A DNA stretch of 63,793 nt, the filler included, from Sphacelaria rigidula (taxonomy: Eukaryota), in the NCBI GenBank assembly GCA_964200075.2. It is 7 parts of 7 records of this genome, joined end to end, with 100 filler letters (N's around TTAATTAATTAA, not from the genome) between each part and the next. Parts side by side here need not be neighbours in the genome. Positions count along the whole stretch, not along the records: positions 45,642 to 54,667 come from CAXNAA020009477.1; positions 54,768 to 63,793 come from CAXNAA020009478.1; 5 more parts are not named here. One strand, given 5' to 3'. The notes under the pieces were generated by a model. That model saw nothing but the letters and a program-made list of their open reading frames with translations. It was not told where the DNA came from and ran no database searches. Numbering within the stretch: the stretch's first letter is position 1; each line of letters opens with the position of its first letter. Shown here piece by piece: positions 48,183 to 61,000 of the stretch. The translations under genes and the position numbers were made by a program.

Positions 48183-50585
48183 CTATCATCAAATATAGAG
48201 GGATCAAGGATCGCCGCAGCGCGGGGGTCTGCTGCAGGACACAATCAAGCTCATCTGGCACACGCCGTAGAGCCCTGGCGGCCGAATGCAAGTGCACTGT
48301 GTAAAAAGCATCAAACCATCTCTTTCTTGTTTACCGAAGACAATTTCTACGATAGCCCCCCCCCCAAAAAAGTGCATGATTTTGGGAGGCAAAATCTTCA
48401 CGTAAATCGGAATGGGAAAGGCCGAGCACAACGAGCAGCTGGGAATTCCCACGTTTGGGTTTGTTCTAGCCAACGTCGCCAATATGAGGCGCTTCATGCA
48501 GCCTGAACCCAAACATTAGGCGCTGTATGGCCATTTTTTTCGTGGTATTTTTGGGCCGGTTTGGGGGGGGGGGGCTATCGTAGAAAGTGTCCGAACGAGA
48601 AAAAGCAAAGCAAGCAAGCAACGGGCGGTTGGTTGCACCCGGCTACCTAGCGCGAAGATATTTGGGCGCAACCTCGCCCGCAGGTCTAGCCAACACCTCT
48701 TGCGTATCCTTATCCCGCAAATCCAGTACTTGTTGAGCTGTCGGCGCCAACGGCTCCATCTCCTTGGCCGACTCGGATTCTTCTGTGGTTTCAGGTTCAT
48801 CATCCCCAGGTTCAGCAGATCTACAAGAGCGGCAAAGACGACGATTGAGTGATTGGTTGGTTGAGTGATCGATTGACTGTCGCACGGTTACCGCCGTGGA
48901 TGGGGATATGAACGCCCCATCCATCAACCCAACCGAAATGACTGATTCTAATCGTTTGGGTGCCGTGGACATCGGGATTCAGGGTCCGCAGCATCTCGAC
49001 AAACGTGTGTGGGGGTGGGGGTGGGGGGGGGGGTAACTTACTTGACTGCATGCACCTCTTCGCACGCTCTACTTTTCGGTTGTCAGACATGTGTCAGAAG
49101 CTGAGAGCCGTTGCAGTGGACGTAAATCGATCCACAACAACAACAGCAGCAACAACGACTCCTGACATTCTAATATCGTGGATTGGATCATGACAATCAC
49201 TGCTTCCGCACACCGTCGACCCTCGTCAAAATTTCGTCGCCACTCATGTCCTGACATTTCGACGACGGGAAGCAGATTCTTCTGCGATAAAACGCGTCCA
49301 AATATATATCCGGGTTCCAATCCTCTGCTTTCCGCCCGAACCAAGTTACGACGTGCCACACTAAGGACTTGGCGGCGGCTGCATATAGCACACGCTTGCA
49401 AGGAAAAAATGGATGCGCGCTTGGTTTTATACTGATTGCAACAGAGTCGCGGTGATGTGAGTCGAGAGGGAGGGGGGCCGTGGGGAGGGGGGGGGGGATT
49501 AAAAAACACGATGCTCTTAAAGCATTGACGCCTCCAGCTGCCGACGCCAAGGAGCATCCCTCTCGACCCGGTGGGAACTCCCGATACCCATCGTCAAAGG
49601 ACAGAACGACAAGACGGCTGGAGCCTATCACCCCTACACATGGCCGGCCACAACACCACTGTAAGACGTTGCGGTGGCAGCTTGTGCACCTGCACGACGC
49701 GGGCGCGCCAGCGCCGTCACCGTATACTTCTCTCATATTTTCCATTCATGTACGTACTCACTCCTCGGTCGCAGGGCGATCGCTCTCGTCATCCAGTGGC
49801 TCCTGGCCGCCGCTCTTCCGTCTGACGCCAAACCTCGAGATGGATACGCCTTCTTCTTCTTCTTCTTCTTCCTCCTCCTCCTCTTGTTCCTCCTCCTCCT
49901 CCTCCTCCTCTTCCTCCTCCGCCCCTTGCTCTTCTGCCTCCCCTGCTTCTGAAGTGTCGGGAACTTCAGACGTGCCGCTGGTGTTATCATCATCATCTCC
50001 GGCGTCATCGTCGTCTGGATCCATTTCCGATACCATCCCTTCCAAGGCGTCCTTGAGCGCCTGAAGACGCCCGAGTTCCTCTTGAGCCGCCATCGCCGAT
50101 TTCTTCGCCTCCTCGGCTTCCCTCTGAGCCTTTTCTAACTCAGTCTTGGTATCCACGCTTTCGCCCCCGTCCGACTTGTCACCCTTGTTAACCTCGGATC
50201 CCTTCACATCAGCCAATACTGCCGCATCTGCATTTCCACGGAATGCGGCATCTGCGGCGGCTGCAACCTCTACCGCATCGGGTGCAATGTCATTGCTGGG
50301 CTTCGGAGACCCTCCGCTCTTGCCTCCAACAAGTGCGCCCTGCACTGCCTCTTCATTTTCACTGTGTGGGAGGTCCCTCGGCGCGCCATTCTGCCTGTCC
50401 GCGTGCTCTGGATGTTGTCGTACTTCATTCGGCTTCGTGGCGAGGTCACCGCTGCCTTCTTCTTCTCCTTCTCCTTCTCCTTCTCCTTCTCCTTCTCCTT
50501 CTCCTTCTCCTTCTCCTTCTCCTTCTCCTTCTCCTTCTCCTTCTCCTTCTCCTTCTCCTTCTCCTTCTCCTTCTACTTCTTCTTC

Positions 50586-50617
<32 letters not shown>

Positions 50618-50654
50618 CTTCTTCTTCTTCTTCTTCTTCTTCTTCTTCTTCTTC

Positions 50655-50686
<32 letters not shown>

Positions 50687-53266
50687 CTTCTTCTTCTTCT
50701 TCTTCTTCTTCTTCTTCTTCTTCTTCTTCTTCTTCTTCTTCTTCTTCTTCAATTCCACTCTCTCCTTCTTCTTCTTCTTCGTCTTCTTCTTCAGTTCCAC
50801 TCTCTGGAGACTGCTCGGACTCGCGGCCCATCACCACTGGCGGACGTCTGACGACGACATCCTCACTTTCCTCCTCCTCCTCCTCCTCCTCCTCCCCCTC
50901 CTCCCGGTCAGCGCCAGCATCGGCGCTGTCGGCACTATCCGCATCGGCATCGGCATTATCGGCATCACCGTAGTCCTCACGCTTCTCGCTTTTTCCCCGG
51001 AGAAATTTGTGCTTGGGTTTGGTCTCTTTGTTCTCGTCGTCTTTATCTTCATTCTTACCGTCATCCTCTTCCCCTCCCTCGCTTCCACTCTCAGTAGACT
51101 CTGAGTCACTGCTCGGCTTTTCCAGGTCGATGTCGGGATCGGCGCCCTTCAACCACGGCGCGCCCTGACTGCCGCTGCTCCCCTGGCCTGCGTACTCATC
51201 GGGCGCCAGCTTTTCGCCCCCATCGTCCTCGCCCGAGTCCCCAGTATCCTGCTCCCCTCCGGAAACAGCGCGGTCGAAGTATTCAGCATCCGTCTCCGTT
51301 CCGTCCTCACCGTCCTCCGAAGCGTCGAACTTGAAGTCATTTTCCACGAGACCGACGACTTCTTCTTCCCGTACTTCTGGCTGACTTTCAGATTCTTCCA
51401 CAGGGTTACGTGCATTCGCGTCACTCGTCTTTACCTCCTGTTCGTTAATATTGGGTGAATCGGAGGATGACGTGATAGGGGGGGGGGAAGCCGAAGGAAG
51501 CGTATGAGTATCTCGAGGAGACCACCAAGCAGCTAACTGCAAGCCATGACCCATGCCCTCCATTTTAGAAAAATCTCTTTGCGGACGAGGCCTGAGGGGG
51601 GGGAGTGTACTCATGATCTTACACGCCATAGTCATAAGACCATACACCTCGCATTCCTACAAAGCCGGGGCGGAGCACGCCGGGTTCTCGCCGGACCAGG
51701 CTTGCCATCACCAAGCGCGAGACGACGTGGTGTGTTCGGTGAGTTGCATGACGGGTGGGGTGCATCCTGCCAGGATTGTTCGGCCCGAGTCGCACTGATT
51801 ATCTTGCATTTTGATGGTAGCCTTCAATGAGTTGCTTCATTTTCTGATATCGCCACTGCCAGAGACAGTCACGGGTTACACATTTGCCTCATGGGTGTCT
51901 CACCATTCAAACACTACGTAGTACGACCATCCCCTATGCGCGGAGTTGAGGGGGAGGGGGGGTACATATGTTTTGAGGAAAAAGAACTCCAGATACCATA
52001 TATGATGGCGATAGGAACTACAGTGCGAGGGGCCCTACCAAATACAGGCCAGGACCTAACCGTTCGATTTTGGGAACAGGTCATTATGGACGAGGCATGG
52101 GTCGCGGGGGTCGTGCCATACAGATGGTACTGTCGCTCGAGTACATATACAAGACGCGTGATGTACAGAATGACACCGCTACTGACACTCGATGCCCAAC
52201 AAAGGGTCAAACACATGAGCTAGCCGACCAAGCCCTCGTGTGGTGCTCGAGTTCAACACGGTTCTACATCGGCTGCGAAAGACAAATTTGAACGCTGAAA
52301 CCACGGAGTGGCCGCGACCATGACTCGTGTGCTTTTCCACGGGGATGGATTGTGGATTGTGGCTCAAGGCGCGAGGAGGTATCAAGGAGATGTACCAAGT
52401 GGTATGCTTTGAACCCGCACTACGATAACGCTAGTAGACAATATTTGTTTTATTTCATTTCCATTCATCAATTTCCCATTCCTTTCCCTCTGGACGAGTC
52501 CGTGGTATCAAGGGGTTCGACCAACCCATGTCTCCCCGGCACACGCCTTGCATTTTGGTCTCGCCAATTGGATAATGACCACCAGGACTCCCGCACCGCG
52601 CCAAACTCTCATCAAACACACTCCGTCAACTGATTCTTGTCTACTCACGTACATTGGGAAAAAAACAGTATTTTCCGCCCCCCCACTCAGACACTTTGCC
52701 TTCACGAAGTCCCCACTTCCCAACTACATCTACAGACGTCGACGGATAGAACTATCGCCGATTCAAAGCGTGCAAAAGCGGCACATCCATTTAGCTGATG
52801 AGACAACGATACTCCTCGAGTAACTTGCACAGCAACCGTCACTCGACACGAACCAAAAAAAACGTCTCACATTGAGGTCCATCTCGTCCAACACATTCAA
52901 CACACTCGGTGCCTCTTCATCCACAGAGTCCAAGCCCTGAACCGATGCGTCTTCAGACCGATCACCTCTCTCCCTCGCACCCCCCCCCCGTCGATTGGTG
53001 GCGTCCGATTCCTCCTGGTCCTGCTCCTCCCCGCGATCATCGGCTTCCTCTAGCTTTTCGCGGTTCTCCTTGTTCTTTTTTTTTTTACTTCCCTTTCTTT
53101 TCTTTGCCTCGCCATTCCTGTTTTTGTCGCTATAGAAGATCTCGGGGGATACGTCTCCCTCCGCGGCGCTGTTCGGGCCCGAAGCGGGTCGGTCTCTGCG
53201 CGTTTGATCTTCAGCGCCTTGACCGTCGTTCCCCCTGCTGCCCATGTTTTTCTGGAGGTCCTTCAT
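48183..53266 (-). CDS. Multi-exon gene for a highly acidic low-complexity protein (poly-E and (GE)n)
   Basis: Exons 53266-52871 (gcag|ATG...AAT|gtgag), 51437-49762 (acag|GAG...GA|gtgagt) and 48820-48647 have canonical sites and compatible phases. Candidate exons also at 49281-49214 and 48296-48183. The gene ends are uncertain. Confidence 0.65.
48338..48595. mobile_element. ~255-bp MITE with TIRs TTTCTACGATAGCCCCCCC
   Basis: Inverted termini, a full-length homologue at ~60395-60723, and fragments near 9545 and 25555. Confidence 0.75.
50455..50790 (-). repeat. Coding (GAAGGA)n and (GAA)n arrays
   Basis: Near-pure (CCTTCT)n then (TTC)n on the + strand, encoding (EG)n and poly-Glu. Confidence 0.95.
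51596..51935 (-). mobile_element. Family B repeat, long copy
   Basis: ~340 bp collinear with the inverted copy at 62395-62725. TGAGGGGG occurs near both ends. Confidence 0.8.
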
Positions 53267-54192
53267 CTGCAATGGCCAAACATCATCATATGTGCGATAC
53301 AGTAGAGCAAAGGAGGGGAGGTGTGCTCATGGTCTTGCATCCCGTAGTCATCTCACCATTGACCTCACGTCTCTACACCACCGAGCACGTCGGGACTTCG
53401 CCAAATCAGGCTCCAGCAAAGGAAGGGAGGGAGGTGCACTAATGATCTTGCATGCCGTAGCCATCTGACCATTTATCTCGCATCCCTACAAAGCCGGGAC
53501 GGAGCACGCCGGGTTTTCACCGGACTAGGCTTGCAGAGGGGGCGGAGTGAAGTCATCCTACTGTACGAGCTGGGCCAGCCTGAAAATGGATTCAACCTCT
53601 CACAGCCATATCTCATAGACGAATTAGGCCGTGATTCGCACATGTTTCTAATCGTCTAATCAAAAGGCGGACGCCCATCTACTCTGCAGGTAGAGCGCAA
53701 ACAATGTTCCATACTAAACTCAAAATATTACGGGCAGAGGCACAAGCCGCACTAAACTGGGGTTCTAATTTAAATTTCGATGTACGTGCTTTCAAATTTG
53801 GTTTGGAGTATCGCAAGGGCATACTACAAACCAAATTGCGTGGACCATGTTATTTTTCCTTCTCTTCATCAGTTGAGGACGTTCCTATGAAAATTTGATG
53901 TCGTGTAGGGCTGTGGTTTGAAATATAAAAACATGTTATAGTATGAAAAACCGCAATGGCATAAGAAAACAAAACTACGCGGACCCTGTTTTTTGTTCCG
54001 TGAGTTGAGGACATTCTCGTGAAAAAATGGTCATTATTACACTGAAAGGTTTCAACTTACGGGGGGGAAAAACGATATACCGCAATTTTTTCTCGTCATT
54101 TCTCATCATGCTCTTGCGATTCTCCACATAATATTTCAAAGCACAAGCCTCAAAACTGCGCTACTAAATGGCCTGCAACATACAGCTCCGTT

Positions 54193-54495
54193 TGTAGGCT
54201 GGCCCAGAATGTAAAATAATCCAGGGATTCTCACCTCAATTTTGAGAGTTGCAAATTTGAAATTTGAAATTCGAAACGGAAATAATAAATTTCCCCGCCA
54301 TAACATTTTTTTACAAGCTAGGGACATTTTGGTGACAACTGAGTCTTGTTTATGCCCTGAACTCATGAATTGAAAGGAAAAAAAAAATCAAGGTGAACTT
54401 TTTTTTGTTTCGCAATGTGCCCTACCGACTCTCGGCATCCCAAATTTTTGAATTGCAACCCTCAAAATTGAGATGAAAATCCGCCTGCAGCCTAC
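54193..54495. mobile_element. Foldback MITE
   Basis: TGTAGGCTG...CTCAATTTTGAG.GTTGCAA is inverted as TTGCAACCCTCAAAATTGAG...CAGCCTACA. Confidence 0.6.
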
Positions 54496-55045
54496 AGACC
54501 CCGCTCCAAGACGGGCGAAGCTCATGAGAGGACTGCTTCATAGATCCCCGGGAGAAATGCGCAGCAAGTTGTGGAGAGAGGAGCGCGTGGGGGACTTTCC
54601 CACTTTGGGGGCACGTTTTTTCTCCGGGACGGGGGGACGGGGGGACGGGGGGGGTGTAGTCATGATANNNNNNNNNNNNNNNNNNNNNNNNNNNNNNNNN
54701 NNNNNNNNNNNTTAATTAATTAANNNNNNNNNNNNNNNNNNNNNNNNNNNNNNNNNNNNNNNNNNNNGACGATTAATACGATATGCGGATCACGGCCCAA
54801 CTCGTCTGTGTCGATGAGATATTGCTTTTGATTAGAAAACAAAAATTTTGTCTCTGTTGGCTCATCTCATGTCTCTTTTGATTCTGTCATGTCCTCGCCC
54901 CTGTTGCTCGCCATCACCACGCGCACGCCCCCCCCCACCCCACCCCACCCGGTCCCGTTTGTCTCACAGAGCGGGTGCAGCACTAGGCGTTATACCACCC
55001 CCAATCCCTTCGCTTTTCCATTTCTTTGTTCAAAACTGAATAAAA

Positions 55046-58000
55046 ATGGACGAGGAGTCGAAGACGATGAGCTCAGCACTGCCGGTCGAAGAAAGCGGAG
55101 AGAAGAACGCCGTCGCCACCCCGCCAGCCCCGCCCAGCACTACCGCCGGTGCAGCCGCCGCATCTTCGTTGGCCGACGCAGTGGGTGCTTTAGATGTTGC
55201 GTCTACGGCTGCTGCAACGAATGTGACGCCAGCTGCTGACGATCAACACGATGATCGACCTGAGCTCATGATATTTTACGACAGGTGACTGTTGGGGCGT
55301 TACTGTACTGCTTTTGATCTTGATTTATGTATATGAATATTTGTTATGCTCTAAATCAAGGAGCTCATCACGTTTCTTTTTTCATCATCCCTGCGAGTGT
55401 TTTTGCAACTATAATAGTGGCCGAAAAGGGTTGATCTTCGAACCTGCCCATCTAAGCTTTGTGGACGTGTTGTAGGGGTTCAAGGTGGCGACTTGTTGAG
55501 GTTTGTGTGCCTTGCCGTTCTCGTGCAGCAAGTGTATCGCCCATTGACACATTTCGCCTTGAGGGTATCTGATACCTCAAATCGGCACGAGCACGGAACG
55601 TTGTACGGCGGCGTAACACTGTTTGATCCAGTTTGCGGCAAACGTGGTCCGATGTATACCACCATGTTCCAGTTTGTGGCAGTTCGCCAGTTGTCATGCT
55701 CCGCCATAGGTGCAGTAAACTGAAGTTTTCACGCAGAGGTGTGCCATTTCCGCTATCCTTTGAAAGTGTGTAAACGTTTATGTTGAGGCTACAGTACAAT
55801 TCTACCACGGCTCATGCCCCGCTGAAGTTTCGTCGGCACCTGAGAGCGCATCGAGATTTTGGCGTGAAAAAACAGTGGTGCACCGGTGATGAAACGTTGT
55901 GCACATTTGTGTAGAATTTCAAGAGGTCTAGAAGGGTCTCAACGCGGACCGTTTACGACACACTTCACGCGACTCAGGGATGTCAACACCTATGCGCGTG
56001 GTAAGCATGCAATGGAGTATGACTGTAGCCCAAACTACAATGCGCTGATGTGAAGAGTCCATGGAGAACCCACTACAAATTTGAGCCTACATATATTGCG
56101 ATCTAGTTTTCAGGCGGTGCCCCGGGGGCTCCGCGTATTTGTGTCTCTTGAAGTATAGGACATGAAGAGCGGGCGAATCCACATATCCTTCTCATTTCGG
56201 GAAATCATTTCCTTGAAATCAGCTCGTCCGGTCACTGTGCGAACTGGCAGGGCGTGTCCGCGCGGTCATGACCTGTGGATCAAACACTTGATGTTCACAA
56301 ACCTTCTATGGTATGAGAAAAAGCCATACATCGTTCCAAAAACCGCAAATACCCGAGAATGGAGCTGTGCCTACCAAGCTAAAGGCGCCCGACCGTGAAA
56401 CCCATTTTGTTTCCTCACGAAAGCAGATGTGGGGGCGGCTTTTGGAGAATGAAAATTGCCTGGGGTACACCGTCGCCGATCATGGCATGGTTCGGGATTG
56501 GCTGTAGCCCCAACGGTCGTGTGTCGAGGCTATCCCTTCCCTGGAACAAGCTTGCCGGTGAGCGTTGGGAAATACACAGCCAGCAGTCGCCGTCGTTGCA
56601 TTTACAACATCAACCTATCATTCCACGTCTTTTTGTTGTTGTCCCTCCCGGAAATATTATAAAGACAGGAGGCATCGTGACGATGTACGTGCACTTTTCC
56701 AACTGCTTCGTTCAGACATGACGGTTGGCAAAAACTCACCATAGCCAACTACGGCACGACCAAGACGCACGGTTGCGTCGCGCCCGAATACGAATTGTAC
56801 GAAGTACCTCTGGTGGGCAAAAGGCGTAAATGAAGTAGTCGGCGCACCTTGCAGCCGCAAAAGAACACAGCTGTGATGTCGATCAACCGGCAAGCCACCC
56901 GTTCGAGGAAACGACCATAGTATCACTGAGCAAAAAACAAATCGAACACCGCGCGACGATATTCAGCAAACGTTTCGTACGTAGTTGCGCCATGTTTGGA
57001 GCACTTCAACGGAGCAAATTCTGTGCAGACGTTTGTAGAAACAGGTACTAGAAACAACGAAGAAACTCCGACTGCACAGGCCACCGCAATATAGGAATAC
57101 GTCGAGGGTCCGCCGCTTGTCGCCCTCGGGACGCTCCGACATCCTGACGTATCATGGGCAAACTTCCTGCACCCTCCGCGGCAAAACTCGTGTGTGCCCC
57201 CCGGCGATGTCAATGGGAAAAGGGAGAGTCAACATGAATGAAAAAAAAACATTCAACCCTTTCGACATACTGACGAGACCGAAATAATGAATAGCCCGGA
57301 AATATGTTTGCCCCATGTTCTTGCGATGCAAGTATATCGCGGGTAACTGCAGAAGAGTACCATTTTGTTACAAGAGGGTTAGCCCCAGATTGAAAAAGAA
57401 ACTAAAACACAGCACTACCGGTGACCACATGAGCCGATTGATTGTAGGTGGTGCAGCTGAGAGTACTGCCCATAGCGGCATGAGACAGCTACACCGCGAG
57501 CACGAAACAGTATACAACGTGTGCCCCTGGGCGCCACTGTGGCTCATGAGGTGGATTCAACGCCGATCCCTTGGTCAGGTCCAGGCGTTGTTCGATCTCT
57601 CGACTTGTGGCTCTCGTTCTCGAATGTTCAAACAAAAACAAGCCAGTACGCGGCAGAATTGCCAGAGGAAAAAAAATAGAGTACCCTGAAAACTAGTGCG
57701 GCATAAAGCGCGGATCCCACTAGCGCTGACGGGCGGGTGGGGGTGCTGCTCCCGCGGCGTGGCAATAATACAAGGCAACAAGGCGGACACCTACAACTTC
57801 CCAAACTCTTGAAGCCTTTCAGTTTCAGGCCCCGGGGTCTCCGACCGGAGACTCACGGGTGAAATCCTTCCTCTCCTAACGGGTGTGTTGACAGTAGCAG
57901 ACACGAGCAAGTCGAGGCCTTGAGGTGTCTTGACAACAGGTGCTGTGCGTTGACCGCTTTCCCCTTCAGGTGAAATTCCGGAGGTTGTCGGAGCACTGTC

Positions 58001-61000
58001 GGCCCTGCAAGAACTGGTGCTACACGATAACATGCTCACAGGTGAGAGAATGAGGGAGCTTAATTCTGTTTCTTGAGTTGGGTCAGGGTGTCCGTCTGGG
58101 CAAGTTTTTCAAGCTTCACACCTGTGCCCCTGCGCCCAATCCCGCCACAACGGTCGTGTTCGATGTTTTTCCCCCTCTCTCTGCTTGGGGTGTTGAGAAC
58201 AGGCGCGATACCTGTCGCTGTGCTGAAGCTCTCCCAGCTGAAGGTGCTTCTCCTGCATAACAACCAGCTCTCCGGTGAGGGTTTGCGGACCGCATCCTTT
58301 TCAAACTCTCGTTCGACGACAACGACGTTTTGTGATCATTCTCCAGTGATTCCACGTGTATCGATGAGAACGTTTTTGACTTGATTGTACCATGTGAGTG
58401 CTCCTTCAATAAAAATTTCGAACACTTCGTAGTCAACAGTTGAAAATGACGCCATGTCGTCATCCTTTTCGGAACGGGTTTTCACATTCTTTTTCAAGTC
58501 TCCTCGGCCTGCATTGCTGGCACGTAAACCAGTCGATGAAAGCTCTCACATACAATTCATACGTTTTTTTGACATATGAAGCGACACGATCACGACCCAG
58601 GTGTTGCACGTGCTTGTGTATTGTGGGGTGAGGGATATGGTGTGGGTGCTATGAACCGACACTGTCATGGGCGTCAAGAAAGGTCGCCGCAAAACATTAT
58701 TCTAGTGGTGTGCCGGGCAGTGAGGGATATAGTCTGTAAATATGATGTGTCGTGTGCCATGTCCTGTCATGTGTCACCTGCGGTACGGTCGGACCGGGCA
58801 GGCTTCCTCTAGTTGTGTGGAGTGCCTTAATCCCTGGGCCGCCCAGCTGTGTGCATTGCTAGAGGCTGCACCCCGTGCTGTTCAAAAACTACTATCAGAT
58901 ATGTCGACATCTGGGTGCTCGAAGGGCAACACAAGTTGGTTTTTGTGTCCCGCGCACGAACAAGTTTGTGCTCAATCACTCCCCACCCCTTTTCCGGACA
59001 AGGATAAAACCACAAAGGAAACGCACATGGACATGGACAGACACACACACACTTACACACGACAGAGAACAGTCAGGACAAACCAACGAACTACCTTTCC
59101 CTTCCTCACCCACCGAGAAAATGTCCTCCGGAACAGAAAGCAGATATGATCGCACCCACATCCACACACACGAAGGCCTCGGCCCGCGCATGCAACATGA
59201 AGAGATAAGCGTCAACAAAGCACATGCCACAGGGCGCAATACCAATCAACGCAACAGCCGACTGTCGCAGGCAACCATCAATCGACCGCTACTGATCACG
59301 CGTCGCTCGCAGAAATATTCTGGCTACACATGTTCACCTGTTAACTCCACCAGGACGTGCGCTCCATCGCCCACTTCGCCTAGAGCACTTCCCACACCTC
59401 CACTCGCAGAGGGTTCTTGATATGGCTTAGGTTTAGGTTTAGGTCAGGATCAGGGTTAGGGTTAGAGTTCGACGAATACAAATATCAGCGATGAAATTTT
59501 TGTGACGGGCTGGGGTAGACGTGTCCGGAGAACAGACTGATAACTGCCTGGGTAAACAGGGATGCGACCGAACATGCCAAATGTAGCCGAACGTTCTCCT
59601 TGATTGTTGCGCTGTGGAAGTGGCTTGACGGTGGTTAGGAAAAACTCTCGAAGGTCTGTTGCTTGCTTGTGCAGTTTGTTTTGCCGCGTTCCCTCCCAGT
59701 ATTGAGGGAGGGCTGATCACTCCTCCACAGTTGTTGGTCTTCCGCGTAACATTCGATTGCATGTGTTTTGAGGTATGCAACGCCTACACATGGCAACTGT
59801 TCGAAGCAATTGCTGGTCGTCATGCACAGTGTAGGATCATTTTTCAAAGCGATTTGCAGACGCCTTGTGAGAAAAAAAATGCCGATGACAAAACACACAG
59901 ACTGCGCAGGGGATGACAACCCCACGGGCGCGGTCGTGGCTGGCTGCTCAGGTATCAGGGACACGATCGCATCGTCTTGATGCTTTTCCATCAGTAGACT
60001 CTGAGAAAATATAAAACGTCTGCCACGTTGCGGCACCTTGCATCGCGTTGGCGCTCTGCGCGCCGGTTCTGGAAGCTTGATTGTGAAATGGATCGCGAGA
60101 CCGGACACCCTGTTTCATGCCTTTCCCTTCCATTCACTACGAGTGCTGCTCTTTTCCCCTGGAATCCAGGACACATACCGTCAGATAGCTATAATCCTGA
60201 GGTTTCCGAAACTGCCTGGCACGACCTTATTTATGGAGGCTATATCGCACGGCGTGTCTCCGGGTGCAACGCCTTTACTTTTGAAAAGTGGCGCAGTTTT
60301 GAAACAAGTTGGCAATGCGTGCGAGGTGATACGTTTTTTTTTTTATGAAATTTGGTGTCATTTTCCGGTGACCATCGTAGTTGTCGTGTCCCTACGACAT
60401 TTTCCACGTTCCCCTCGTCCCAAAACCAATCTCGAAAGGAATGCGTGGTCAATGGTCACACGACTAAGGCAAACCACAAATGAGTACGCCCCCCCCTCCC
60501 AAAACCAGCCCAAACCTGTCACGAAGAAGATGGCTATGCAGCGCCTGATGTTTGGTTTCAGGCTGAATGAAGCGCCTCATATGGGCGATACGGGCGAAAA
60601 CGAGCCCAGCCGTTGTAATTTCCGGCTGCTAGTTGTGCCCAGCTTTTTTCATTCCGATTTCCGTGTAGATTTGCCTCCCGAAACCAGCCACGCTTTGTGG
60701 GGGGGCTATCGTAGAAAATCTCGCACCTTGGATGTTGTGTTGTGACCGCGGATGGATTATTTCACGGATGAGTTCGCATGAGATAACCAACCAATGAATC
60801 ACTCAATCGGTCAAAAAAGAGACGCAGCGCCTGCTGATTTGCTTTGCTCCTTGGTGGCAGTTCCGAGAACAAGAATTACCGCCGCTCAGATTTTCAGTCG
60901 GGTTCCATCGTGGCATAGAAGCGAGGTAAAGTCACCTACAAGTATTTATGCATCTGTCGATGATTCATCCTGTTTGGCAGTGCGTACACCCAATCCCTTT

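Noticed and set aside
50146-51104. Poly-Ser, poly-Leu and poly-Phe ORFs on the + strand
   Set aside because: Antisense readings of the GAA/GAAGGA repeats.
51438-51647. N-terminus of the 629-aa ORF (MYGLMTMACKIMST...)
   Set aside because: Derived from a family B repeat and intron sequence; a phase-compatible acceptor lies at 51438.
53266-55046. Head-to-head pair (acidic gene and LRR gene) with a bidirectional promoter
   Set aside because: The interval spans the linker at 54668-54767.
56700-57220. piggyBac transposase remnant in an LRR intron
   Set aside because: Motif hints are too fragmentary, and the candidate termini face the wrong way.
59425-59466. Telomere (TTAGGG-like)
   Set aside because: Short, degenerate and intronic.
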